Shown piece by piece: positions 35,630 to 48,650 of a stretch of 49,125 nt of DNA (position 1 is the stretch's first letter; the number at the start of each line of letters is the position of its first letter). The notes beneath the pieces were generated by a model. It was given only the letters and a program-made list of their open reading frames with translations, did no database searches and had not been told where the DNA came from. The position numbers and the translations under genes are program-made. The stretch spans positions 61,453,182-61,502,306 of the forward strand of contig NC_068992.1 in the NCBI RefSeq assembly GCF_001194135.2. Reading direction: 5' to 3'. The DNA is from Octopus bimaculoides (lineage: Eukaryota).

Positions 35630-36345
35630 TAGAGTGTATGTTGACCAGCCACCGACTTAATAGCAAGGTTGTGAAGGAAAATATCTTGTTTAAATCATAA
35701 TTCTTTAAATGTTAAGGTCTTGCAAATTTTTATAGTTCCAGATATTGCGATCATTTGTAGCATCTGAATTAAGGATTTCTATTCTCTCTCCAAGATCCCA
35801 AGTTCAGTCATGCTTTGCTCCAGACAGGTTGGTATGTATCCTGATGTTCCAATAATAATGGGTATGAAGCTGAAAGTATATTTTGGGTACTGGATTTGCA
35901 AACTTCTTATCAATGGTCCACAGATTTCCTCTTTCTCTCATATTTTTCTATCCACATTTGTGTCCAGAGGGAAGCAGATTTCCACAACAGAACATATCTT
36001 TTCTTTGTGGTCCCACACAATGATATCGGGATGGTTGTGTTTTTACATTGTGGCTGTTTTAATTTTCTACCTGTATATTTTGACTTGGTCTCGATTTGGC
36101 CGACTTTATTTGCAGGTATTCTCTTTTCTGTTATCTGACAGACTGTTCTAACCACCATATCATGCCTCATGGGAAGATAATATTTGGAAGACATTCTCTC
36201 ACAGTTGGCAATAATGTGGTTGATGTCTTCAGTGTTGGTCTTGCACCGCCTACATTTGTTGTCTGTCAATGTTTTCTGTCTTTTATGCTGCAGATATTTG
36301 ATGGGGATCTTTTGTCCTTGGATTGCATGGATGTAACCTTCAAAG
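35630..36345 (-). mobile_element. 3' end of a restriction-like-endonuclease non-LTR retrotransposon (R4/Dong- or NeSL-like), degenerate
   Basis: CCHC knuckle CRRCKTNTEDINHIIANC...RHD. After a frameshift come HNHPDIIVWDHKEKICSVVEICFPLD.N...EKE and PIIIG (PD-(D/E)xK-type RLE domain), with in-frame stops. Confidence 0.8.
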
Positions 36346-36391
36346 CAGGATGTAACCTTCAAAGCAGGATGTAACCTTCAAAGCAGGATGT
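36329..36391. repeat. 19-bp tandem repeat x3.3 (GGATGTAACCTTCAAAGCA)
   Basis: Identical units at 36329, 36348 and 36367, plus a partial unit. Confidence 0.95.
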
Positions 36392-36673
36392 CATAAACTT
36401 GTCAGTGAAATATGAGTAATAAAACAAAATTAGACATTGATTCAATCAAATTTATGCCTAATTCATGAAGAAAACATGTAAAAAAACATTTTCATCAGAC
36501 AAGATGTGGGAAGAATTCAAATTTACATGATTATTCTGATTTTCATGTTATTTACAAAACCAATTCCAGTGTTTTATGAGTTTACTTGATGTAACTATTC
36601 ACATTATAAAAATTGGGGGATGTTTTAAAAATAAAATGAAAACATTTTTTTCTTTTCCCAATCTATTTGCCAG

Positions 36674-36855
36674 ATATCCAGGCTACAATATGGAAAGTAA
36701 GCGTTTTGCTTAAAGTACATTGCGATAACATTTCCATTACTTTGAACAATAGAAATAAATCCATAGGATCAAGAGAATTACGCTCCATTGAATTTGAATT
36801 AGCGAGTGGAGAAAATCCAAATTCTCTTTGTGTTAATCCGGATTGTAGATATAAT
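36674..36855 (+). CDS. Candidate coding exon (phase 1 to 0) of an unidentified gene
   Basis: Polypyrimidine acceptor (TTTTTTTCTTTTCCCAATCTATTTGCCAG) and donor AAT|GTAAGT. Only one frame is open: DIQATIWKVSVLLKVHCDNISITLNNRNKSIGSRELRSIEFELASGENPNSLCVNPDCRYN. Confidence 0.5.
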
Positions 36856-37385
36856 GTAAGTAAATTAAAACAAATATGCACTCACATACAAACACATATA
36901 CACACATACGCAAACATGCATATCTACTTGTACACTTGCATTATCAAAAGTTATGCTGTTTTCAAAGAAATAAGTTGAAACTGGTATTTAATAACTGCAT
37001 TGACATGACATATGTTCTTTATATTTGAATATAGTTTTGGATTCAAAGAGCTTGAAAATTTTCATTCCTAACTGAATTTGAACTCTTGACCCCTTTTTGT
37101 TAGCTCTGTCACTGAACTATGTGATTAAGAACTTCTGTAAACAATAATATTAAATTAATTAGTTAGAAAGCTAGAAAAGAAATTATATATTTAAGTTTGT
37201 GTGTGTGTGTGTGTGAAGTAACTACAGGCATATTTGTATGGTAAGAAGTTTGCTTCTCAACCACCTAGTTTCAGGTTCAATCCCATTGCAAGTGCCTACT
37301 ACTATAGCACCAGGCCAAACAAAGCCTTGTGAGTGGATTTGGTAGAAGGAAACTCAAAGAAGGCCATCACCACCATCACCACCAC

Positions 37386-37423
<38 letters not shown>

Positions 37424-37799
37424 GGGTTAGCATCATCATTTTATGGCAAATAATATATGTGAAAGCAATTTAACATTAAACTGAAAGATTACTCCATACT
37501 TTTTAGTAGAGTAAATGTATCCATACATGATAATGATGGCCATCCACTCATGACTGACGAAAACCCTTATTGACCTTCAGGAATACTTTGTGCTCAAGAC
37601 TACCTTATACTTTACATTTGCAGCTCTGTTGCTGACTAACAAGCCCTGCTCTTGACAAACATACATGACTACAAACATTGCAGACCAAGCTTTCCCACTC
37701 ATTAAACTAGTAGTGTGTTTTTGAGCTTAAATTCTTTATGAAGAACATGTGCTCTTTCAAAGGAATGGACTCCTTTCTTTAACTGTTTCCTCTATCCAT

Positions 37800-38140
37800 G
37801 GCGATGATAAGCATTGCTATCCAAGTCAGCCTCCTGCATTTCACAGGCCTTTAATGAGGACTTTATACAGTACTTAAATTGCAGTCTTGGCTTCTGCTGG
37901 AGTCACTTTCCACCAACAAGTTCCCCATATAGCATCTGTTTAGGGATCCTGCTATCATTCATTCTAACAAGGTGTCCAGTCCAACATAACCAGTGTTTGT
38001 GCACTATTGCCTCAATACTTGGGATATCGGCTTTCCTCAGGACCTGTGTATTTGGAATTTTTTAAGGTCCAACCAACATTCAGAATGTGTTTCAGGCATC
38101 TCTGATGGAAGCGTTCAAGGACCTTTACATGATATTTGTA
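37800..38140 (-). mobile_element. RTE (BovB-like) LINE C-terminal fragment
   Basis: RFHQRCLKHILNVGW, then after a frameshift IPNTQVLRKADIPSIEAIV....WTGHLVRMNDSRIPKQMLYGEL..GK...KPR..FK.CIK..LK. Confidence 0.85.
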
Positions 38141-38419
38141 AAGGGTCCATGTCTCACATGAGTGTGTATACATATAGTCAATTCAATGAACAAACAATTA
38201 AAAAATAACGAATAAAATATGAAAAAAGAAAAGAGAATAAAACGAATGAGAGAAATGGACAAAAATTATATTAGTTTGATGTTTGGTGAAAGGAGAGAAT
38301 TTTTAAGGTTTCAAGTATAGCTCTTTGTCAGAAAAGAGAAATGGAAAAGTCCAAAGAAGGAGAAGGGAAATCACTAGGGCTAATATGTAATTACTTTCTG
38401 AAGTATATATACATGTATG

Positions 38420-38780
38420 TGCCCAGCATCGCCTTTCTGGCACTTGTGCCTGTGGAATGTGTAAGGACTTTCGAGCGAGATCATTGCCAGTGCCCCTGGA
38501 CTGGCTCTTGTGCGGGTGGCACATAAAATACACCATTTTGAGCGTGACCGTTGCCAGTACCGCCTGACTGGCCTTTGTGCTGGTGGCACGTAAAAGCACC
38601 CACTACACTCTCTGAGTGGTTGGCGTTAGGAAGGGCATCCAGCTGTAGAAACTCTGCCAAATCAGATTGGATCCTGGTGTAGCCATCTGGTTTCACCAGT
38701 CCTCAGTCAAATCGTCCAACCCATGCTAGCATGGAAAGCGGACGTTAAACGACGACGACGATGATGATGATGATGATGAT
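38420..38780 (+). mobile_element. Repeat family A copy
   Basis: Same core sequence and (GAC/GAT)n tail. Confidence 0.85.
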
Positions 38781-38800
38781 ATATAAGTGTGTGAATGTCT

Positions 38801-39000
38801 ATCATCATTGTCATCATCATCATCCTCACTGTTTAACGTCTGCCCTCTAATCTAGCATGAGTGGGAGGGTTTCGCAACAACTGGCCAGGCTGAAGCCTGC
38901 ACCAAACTTTTGTGACTGTTTTGGCAGGTTTTTACAACTGGATGCCCTTCCTAACACCAACCACTCAGCAGAGTGGACTTAGTGCTTTTTACGTGGCACA
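38801..39000 (-). mobile_element. Older family A-related copy, tail-to-tail with the previous one
   Basis: (CAT)n followed by TTTAACGTC...GCATG...GGATGCCCTTCCTAACACCAACCAC. Confidence 0.7.
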
Positions 39001-39351
39001 AGCACAGGCGAGGGCAGTTTTGGCAAGGTTTTAACAGCTGGATGTCTTTCCGAACACCAACCACTTTACAGTGCAGGCTGGGTGCTTTTAAGCATTTGTG
39101 TGTGTGTGTGCATGTGTGCATGCGTGCGTGCATGTGTGTGTGTGAGTGTATGTGTGTACGTGCGTGCGTGATGCATGCATGTGTGTGTAGACTATTCCAG
39201 GCTGATTTTAAATGAGAACCAGAGTACTAGCTGTATGCTGTCATCTTTGTCATCGATAGCATGATGATGGTAGGGATCACCACCATCACCGTCATCATTA
39301 AGAGACTACTTTGCACTGTTGTGAAGTTTGTTGAATTTTTTTTTATTCTAG

Positions 39352-39429
39352 GCAACTGTTGAAAGAGAAGGCCATCAAGAAAAATACACTGTCGAGTGCC
39401 AGACAACTTGTTGTAAGAAATTTAAAACA
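39352..39429 (+). CDS. Candidate coding exon (phase 0 to 0) of the same unidentified gene
   Basis: Acceptor TTTTTTTTATTCTAG and donor CAT|GTAAGA (alternative donor at 39412). 78 nt open: ATVEREGHQENTLSSARQLVVRNLKH, in phase with the previous candidate exon. Confidence 0.42.
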
Positions 39430-39524
39430 TGTAAGATTTTTGCTTTAGAACTGTTTGTTACTGATTTCTTTTTGACTTCTCTTTCTTTTATAAACTCCTT
39501 AAGAAACACTTTTATCTCATTATC

Positions 39525-39527
39525 TCC

Positions 39528-39561
<34 letters not shown>

Positions 39562-39612
39562 TATGCACATACACACACACATACAGGCACATACACACAC
39601 ACACACACACTC

Positions 39613-39688
<76 letters not shown>
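39525..39688. repeat. Compound (CT)n/(CA)n microsatellite
   Basis: Read directly; many other (CA)n, (TA)n, (TATG)n and (CAT)n tracts occur across the window. Confidence 0.95.
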
Positions 39689-39689
<1 letters not shown>

Positions 39690-40339
39690 GGAAGCATAAT
39701 AATTGGGAGATTAATGTGCTCAACTACAAAGATCAATGTTATGAATTCAAATTTCATTGTCGCTATTATTTAATCCCTTGGAAAGACATCTTATACTACA
39801 TTTCGTGGTTCGATTCACAGTTATGTTGTCAGCAATAAACAGCTGTAAAATCAATATTTCTAGTCAGTCATATTCCATTATTGAAATTTTCAAGAATTTT
39901 TCCAACCAATGTTGTCACAGGAAAATGGATATAAAAGTATTATTTTTTTTAAATGGCTGAAGTAGTTATCATGCTAAGAGTTAAAGAATTTGGACAAATA
40001 ATTTTAGGGTTGATGTACTGAATGATATAGATAAAAAATTCTTTATTTGAAATTTTGTGTTTAGATGGAGAAAGAAAAGAAAATTCTAGTAGTAATTGTT
40101 ATTGACTCTCAAGGGAAAGGAATGATAATTTTAATAAATTTTAATGAATAAAGTTATGTGAAATGGTTGAACAGACATGTAAATAATTTAAAAAGGAAAA
40201 AAATCCTCAATGAAGTTTTTTTGCAAAAATTTGCACAAATCTGTTCTGATCAAGAGGCTTATCTGACATGGAATAAATAAAAAATTATATGAGACATTCT
40301 ATTGTAAAAATTGCCTGACAATGATAGGCTATTCAGCTA

Positions 40340-40377
<38 letters not shown>

Positions 40378-40379
40378 AG

Positions 40380-40560
40380 ATGACACTCCATCAGTTATGA
40401 CGACGAGGGTCCCAGATGATCTGCTCAATGTAACAGCCTGCTCGTGAAATTAACGTGCATGTAGCTGAGCATTCCACAGACACGTCTACCCTTATAACGG
40501 GGTTCTCAAGAAGATTCAGCATGACACAAAGTGTGACAAGGCTGGACCTTTGACATGCGG
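40380..40560 (-). mobile_element. Repeat family D SINE fragment
   Basis: The reverse complement matches about 9110-9245 (TGTCTGTGGA.TGCTCAGC.AC.TGCA.GTTAATTTCACGAGCAGGCTGTT). Confidence 0.7.
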
Positions 40561-40696
40561 GTACAATCCATTGAGATTATATTCTTTTGTGCCTATAAAA
40601 TGCAGCCACCCATCAAACTAACAACACAGACGTCTTGTGTATGTGTTTGACTTTCTTTATATACATACATACATACATACATACATACATACACAC

Positions 40697-40728
<32 letters not shown>

Positions 40729-40739
40729 TTGGGAAAATG

Positions 40740-40838
40740 AATAGAAATGCCTATTCTGACAATTTTCCACTTTGATAATTAGATGTCTAAACATCTAATT
40801 ATTAAAGTGGAAAAATTATCAGAAAAAGTATTTCTATT
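40740..40838. repeat. Imperfect foldback (about 47-bp arms, 4-nt loop)
   Basis: ...TTCTGACAATTTTCCACTTTGATAATTAGATGT-CTAA-ACATCTAATTATTAAAGTGGAAAAATTATCAGAA... Confidence 0.8.
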
Positions 40839-40890
40839 TAATTTTTTGAATATATAATACCAAGGACTTTCTATTTCTTATTCTATTATA

Positions 40891-42281
<1,391 letters not shown>

Positions 42282-42619
42282 ATTCTTGTTGCCACTTTAG
42301 CATGGCTGTTCCATACAGAACTATATTACTACATTTTAACCCCAGGAAAATATCTTTTCCAGCTGGTTAACAACACACAACTTGTGTCTGATATATCATG
42401 AGTAAGGGAGCAAACCACTCCTCTCCAGCATGGAAAGACCTGTAGACCAGAACTGGTTTCAGAGTCTTATCCTTCCTCAGTCCTGGAAATTTGCCTGTCA
42501 GATGGCAGTCATTCATCCCTGTTCACAATATATAAACAAATAAGTGACAATTCGCCATTGATCTTTCAACAAGCAAATTTGCTAGTTCTACAATATCTAC
42601 AAGGTATATATATTATATA

Positions 42620-43252
42620 CTAGCAGAGATACCCGGCCTTGCTCGGGATTAAAATGGCATAGATTTTTATTGCTTTACTTGTTTCAGTCATGTGACTGCG
42701 GCCATGGTGGAGCACTATCGTTGGTCGAAGAAATCAACCAGAAGATTTATTCTTTGTAAGTCTAGTACTCATTGTGTCAGTGTCTTTTACCAAACCGCTA
42801 AGTTACAGGAATGTAAACACAACAACATCAGTTGTCAAGGAATGGTGGGGGTACAAACACAAGACACAGGCACACACATATACAAATATACACATATATA
42901 CGACAGTCTTCTTTCAGTTTCCAAGTACGAAATCCACTCACAAGATTTTGGTCAGCCTGAGGCTATAGTATATATATAATTGGAAAACTTGAACAGTTTC
43001 GTAACATTGTTTACAAAATAATTGGTCATCGTTTGCGAAGGATCATCTTCGCTAGAAGGGGACTTAACTCATGCTCCAACTTTAGAATTGTTATAAGTTT
43101 TGGTTTAAAATTATTTTTAATACAAAAATTTACGTCTTAGGAATCAATAAAAAAAATAATAAATAGCCGATTCTGAGCATTTTCGACCATGAGGAATCCA
43201 TTGGTGCGACTCCCAGCTTGCTATCTTGTAAGGTGTGGATTTCTATAGATGC

Positions 43253-43296
<44 letters not shown>

Positions 43297-43303
43297 AACT
43301 CAG

Positions 43304-43305
<2 letters not shown>
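42620..43305 (-). mobile_element. Non-autonomous Helitron-like element with a nested SINE
   Basis: The minus strand ends with a GC-rich hairpin (CCCGAGCAAGGCCGGG, 42647-42632), then 8 nt, then CTAG|T (42623-42620), the canonical Helitron 3' end. The far end runs into (CA)n/(TA)n. The extent is inferred. Confidence 0.55.
42673..42968 (-). mobile_element. Repeat family B copy nested in the Helitron-like element
   Basis: Reverse complement of the 3' two-thirds of 27816-28270. Confidence 0.75.
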
Positions 43306-43347
<42 letters not shown>

Positions 43348-43374
43348 CTGCACACATACACACACACATTCTTT

Positions 43375-43689
43375 CAGTTTCTGTTTAACAAATTTTGAGT
43401 GTGGTGTTGCAAATGAAAAGAGTTGCAGCAAAATTTGTGAATCAAAAGCATTCAGGACTGAATGTGTGTTGTGAACTGTAAGAAAAATTGGATGCTGATC
43501 TGGATCTTTTTTCAAAGATCATCGCAGGTAACAAAAGCTGGTCCAACAGAATTTGCAGTGGAAAATGCATCTGGACTGATACATTACTTCAAATGGAGAA
43601 TACTTTGAAGGCAATAAAATTGTAAACATGTAAAACTAAGTGAATAAAATAATATTGTAAAATTCCAGTTTCTTTTGGGTACCCCCTTG
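43375..43689 (+). mobile_element. Deleted mariner-type remnant (second family)
   Basis: Translates to RVAAKFV...FSKIIAGNKSW joined to the C-terminal YITSNGEYFEG. Ends in a TIR-like TTTTGGGTACCCCCTTG followed by TA. Confidence 0.65.
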
Positions 43690-43942
43690 TATATATGTGT
43701 GACTATTCAAAGTTTTAATGATTTTTCTTCCATGGTTTGGTATATAAATAAATAAATAACTTTGAAATGAAAAGAACTGTAATAAATCTATGGTGAAAGA
43801 GCCGAGAAAATAGATGGTTTTCACTCATATTTTAATAATTTCATTTTAAATCCCCCTCCTTATAAAACAATTATCCTTTTAAATTAATTAATTTTGAAAT
43901 TTTGTTGTCATTAATGTCAATTTTCCTTCTATTACTTTCTAG

Positions 43943-44145
43943 GGACACAATGGAACCTTGAAGTTATACGTAGTGATATAAATGACAATTATATCTATTC
44001 TTTTGAAATAAAGCATTATCGTGAAAAAATTAATTTTGAAACGAATTCTAGAACATCAAATAAATCATTCTTCCTTCCAATGGAAATTAATAAAAAGTCA
44101 AAAATAGATGTGTTGACTCCAGGAAAATTTTGGTCAGACACAGTT
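43943..44145 (+). CDS. Candidate coding exon (phase 1 to 0) of the same unidentified gene
   Basis: Acceptor TTTTCCTTCTATTACTTTCTAG and donor GTT|GTAAGT. 67 codons open in very AT-rich DNA, with the other two frames stopped: TQWNLEVIRSDINDNYIYSFEIKHYREKINFETNSRTSNKSFFLPMEINKKSKIDVLTPGKFWSDTV. Confidence 0.52.
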
Positions 44146-44861
44146 GTAAGTAAAGCCTTTATTTTTTCTCATTTAGAAAGGAGTATAACTGGTTCACTTG
44201 ACTTCAAGACTTGTTTTCAGGGTTTCTGGATTTGAGTAAATGAAATACACTACATTTATGTATGCATATACATAATTCAGTAAAACACACGGATGCATAT
44301 TGATAATTTCTTTTTTAGAAAGCAGATGGTTTGGACGATTGGCTCACTCTTCTGTGTTCACTTCATGCCAGGTCTAAGTTTACCATTTATCCTTTTTATT
44401 GTTTAGTAAAATGAATAACAACAAAGCACTTTTTCAATTCTGCATTCTCAATCCTAAAATCTGTTTCTTTTTCAAAAGAAACTTGATCAAAAGAAAACAT
44501 CATTAATTATGCTGTTTGTGCTATGTTAACATGTTGAAATATTGGTTTCACATAATGGCACAAGGCCAGTAATTTCAAGGGAGGTGCTAAGTCGATTAAA
44601 TCAACTCCATTGCTCTACTGCTACTTATTTCATCAAACCTGAAAGGATGAAAGGCAAAGTTGACATCAGTGGAATTTGAACTCAGAGCATAAAATGGATG
44701 AAATGTAGGTACCAGTTTCCATCACTACTTCTGTTTCAACATTTAGTACTATATAAATTTATGATTTAGAATAGAATAATATTTTCAAGTTGAATATGCT
44801 GTGATGACAAGACCAGGCTCCCTCCTTGCTGCCATCATCTGTGGATTAATATAATTCCTTT

Positions 44862-46625
44862 ATCATCATCATCATCATCATCATGACCATCGTCATTTAG
44901 CATCTGTTGTCCATGCTGGCATGGGTTAGATGGTTTGACCAGGGCTAGTAAGCTGGAAGGTTGCACCAGACTCCAATATGATTTGGCATGGTTTCTACAG
45001 CTGGATGCCCTTCCTAACACCACTACTCTGAGAGTGTAATGGGTGCTTTTACCTACCACGGGCATGGGGGCCATTTGCATGACACCAGTATCTGCCATGA
45101 CATAATGTCAAAGTTCTTGATCATTGCCTCTGGGAAGCCCAACACTCGAAAGGAACTCAGCCACTTTGCTTCTGTGAGGCCTAATGCTTGAATGAAACTC
45201 ATCCACTTTGCCTCTGTCAGGTCCAATGCTCAAAAGGTGTTCCAGTTACATGACATCAGTATCAGCCAAGACTACAATTTCACTTGTCTTGACAGGTCTT
45301 CTCAAGCACAGTATATCACTAAAGGTCTTGGTCACAAGTCATTGCCACTGTGAGGCCCAAAGTTCAAAGGTTGTGCTTCACCACCTCATCCCATGTCTTC
45401 CTTGGTCTACCTCTACCACAGGTTCCCTCCATAGTTAGAGTTCAACACTTCTTTACGCAGTTGTCCTCATCCATATGCATCACATGACCATACCAGTGCA
45501 GCCATCCCTCTTGCACACCACATCTGATGCTTCTTATGCCTAACTTTTTTCTCATGATGCTTACACTTTGTCAAACATGCACACTGACATTGCACATCCA
45601 GCGAAGCATACTGATTTCATTTCTTTCAAGCTTATGCATGTCTTTGGTTGTTGCAGCCCATGTTTCACTGCTATGTAGCATAGCTGTTCACACACAGGCA
45701 TCATACAATCTGCCTTTCACTCTGAGAGAGAGGCTCTTTGTTACCAGCAGAAGTAGGAGCACTCTGAACTTTACCCAGCCTAATCATATTCTCACAGTTA
45801 TGCTCTCGGAGAATGCACCACCGCTACTAACATGGTACTAGATCATGGAAGCTATTAGATCATGGAAGCTATTAGATCATGGAAGCTATCTGCTACCTCT
45901 AGCTTACACATTAACAGTTGATGGAGTCTATTTTCTGTACATTTTCAACATTTATTGTACCTGTGCATCTTCCACATACAAAAGTTAGTTTCCCTCTTAA
46001 TCTTCTTATATTACAGCATCTATGTCCAAAGCTTATATTGGGTGCATCTTATATAGTTTCTACCTACACCTTTTCTACAGATCGAGCAGGACTTTCTACC
46101 TGAAAGGATTTGTGATTTGACTGCCTTCTTACTTATTATTACTTTGATTTTTGCGAGGTTAACTCTAAGGCCCTTTGGTTCGAGACCTTGCCCCCATACC
46201 TGGAACTTCTGGTAGTGATTCAGCAATAAGAGCAAGGTAATCAGCATAGAGGTACTCTCAGGGGTAGCCTATTTTAAATTCCTTTGTTATTGCCTGGAGT
46301 ACTTTGCTGTACTCATTGCCAACCCTCACCTTACTGGTAGTACCCCTGTACATAGCTCTTATCAACCACTCATTTCCACATTCACCACCAGATAAGGGAT
46401 CAAGGCACCCTCTCAAAGGCTTCCTCCAAGTCAACAAAGGTCAAGTACAGAGGTTTATCTTTGTCTGTGTATTTCTCTTGCAGCTGCCTCATCAGAAATA
46501 TAGCATCAGTGGTGCTTCTCCTTGGTGCAAAATCAAACTGCATTTCATCTATGACTAGCAGAAGTGCTCCGCGTTGCTCAGGGTTGAATTGCTTTAAATT
46601 ACTGTTAATGATTCTACTCAATTAT
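44862..46625 (-). mobile_element. 5'-truncated, internally deleted RTE-type LINE with 3' UTR and (ATG)n tail
   Basis: RT motifs QFDFAPRRSTTDAIFLMRQLQEKY..K.KPLY..FVDLE.AF.RVP, LYADY and GL.VNLAK.KV; a Cys-rich CSICRKGVG.N.I.C segment; C-terminal LRVKGRLYDACV...L.SETWA...LERNE..MLRWMC...WYGHVM...GRGRPRKTW. The 3' UTR ends in CAT repeats on the + strand (44865-44885). Confidence 0.9.
45839..45889. repeat. 17-bp tandem repeat x3 (TAGATCATGGAAGCTAT)
   Basis: Identical units at 45839, 45856 and 45873, inside the RTE ORF remnant. Confidence 0.95.
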
Positions 46626-47775
46626 GATTATTGAGGCAAAGATTGAATTAAGTTAACGCCCAGCCAATCGATTTGCAACTGGATAGAAAGCCCTGCAAAG
46701 AGCATTGCAACACTCTAAGAAGGGGTAATAATAGAATGTGAGGTAGCTCTGAAAAGGCTGTGTTATCGTTCTCACAATTGTAACAGTTTGGCAGGTAGTC
46801 CTGGAAGGGTGTGTAAAACGTTTGCAGGTGAATATGGCGTGTTCCTCTTCCACCAACAACAGTGGACGTACTGTAACAAAACTTCATGCTCTGTGAATAC
46901 AGAACAGCTGCCCTATGAAGGAAAGAGGGGGATTAATCATGGGTAAGTAAATACGGGTAAGTTTTAAAATATACAACAGTAACATCTACTCACCATATGT
47001 CAGACCGGCAAGAGTGTAGTAGTGCTGAATAGATGAATCACAACACCTCTGTCATGGAGATGTTGTGTAAAATGACCTGTTACTTTTGAATATTTTGTAT
47101 TTGATGTAAAATGTAATGATGTAAAATATAATGGTTAGAGAGAAGATGTATGTATTTATTTTTATCGACTTTTGAAGTCTTGTTATTTGATTATTATTTT
47201 TATCCATTTGTTTCATTGATTGTCGTTATGATTACATTTGTTGTTGTATAAAATGATATGTTGCTTGGTTTTCAAATTTTATGCTGCGATCCTGTTGCCC
47301 TGATGTAAACTGTAATGTTGAGAGAGGAGATGGAAGGGGGGAGATGTTTCATGTACGTTGGATGTAAAAGATGAGGCTGCTGTGCTGACAAAGGGAGGGA
47401 AATAGAGCTGAGCAGAGGCCAGGTGTTGGTAAAGTGTGAAGTATTTGCAGGTAACCACCTAAAAATGTAAATGTTGTCATAAAAGCATTGTTGACCGTTT
47501 GAGAGCTGTACGGAAGTGTAATAGTAACGTGTCAATAGTCCTTTGATGCCCGCCGAATGAGGGTTGGTGAGGAAGAACAGCTGATTTTTTAGCAGGGTCT
47601 GATTTATAATGAAGCTTTGTAACGCTGTGAGAATCAGCCTTTTTACAGCTGATGGTTGGGAGTGTCAAGTGCACTGCAATGAATATTAACCTACACCTAC
47701 ATAGAAATTACTGACGAAAAGGCAAACATTTTTTAAAAATTAGAAAAAGTTATAATATTAGGAAGCGAAGTAATC

Positions 47776-48650
47776 CTATAAAACCTCCCTGTACACAATG
47801 TTTTTTGTTTCTCCTTGTGGAACGAACACGAAAATATCACTCTTGCTGCCCACATGCGAGCATCCAATGTAAAGCTGACCATGAGAGAAACACGGCTCCC
47901 CCAAATATATTCCCGCGACAGACAGCATTTGCCCCTGTGCTTTGTTAATTGACATTGCGAAGCATGGCCTGACTGGAAACTGGGACCTCCGAAATGTGAA
48001 AGGTAGGTCTGCTCCTGATGGGAAAAGATGCATCCTCGGTATGAGCACAACGTTGCCTCGACCGCACCCTGTGATTATTGTGGCCTCAATTAAATCGGGA
48101 GGTAAGGACTTAACGATCAAACGTGTCCCATTGCATTGTTTTGGTTGAACCAAATTTCGAATGAGCATAATAGGGGCACCAAGTTTAAGTTTCAGAATGT
48201 GTGGGGGTAGTATAGGGGGCTCAAAGGAATTTAGTTCCTCTATTGAATAGTTGATAACGTCCTCGGGGTCAGGAGTTCTATCGACAGGCTTATATATATA
48301 GCAATCCTCAGGAATGAGTTTTAGCATTTGATCATTAATATGGTTAACAGTTTTATTCTTCGGGGCCAGAATAGCCCTTTGGCCAATCCAATCGATATTC
48401 TGATAATTTGCTTGGAGATCTGGGAACACTGCATCCGTGAGATCAGAAGGCGTATTAACAATGCCAGAAAGTGAATTGAGGGCAACATTACCCTTTTTGT
48501 CGCATAGGAGTTTTGCCTTCGCCGAGTGCAAGGAGGGTGTTAGAAAATTCTGCTGATGCTATGTCACCTCACATATGAACACGCATGTTAGTGTTAAGTT
48601 TGAGAGTCTTCACCAGGGGCCACAATGTGATTTGAGGAAGAAGATAGCAG
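47776..48650 (-). mobile_element. Helitron RepHel remnant: C-terminal PIF1-like SF1 helicase
   Basis: The 251-aa ORF contains RAILAPKN..V..IN, E.LNS..P..LPPH.L.LK.GAPIML.RNL...CNGTRL.V and R.QFPVR.CFAMSINKAQGQ...AG.YL..PCFSHGQLY. An upstream frame gives LKLNTNMRV...FS..LLALGEG. No Rep (HUH) domain is present in the window. Confidence 0.9.
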
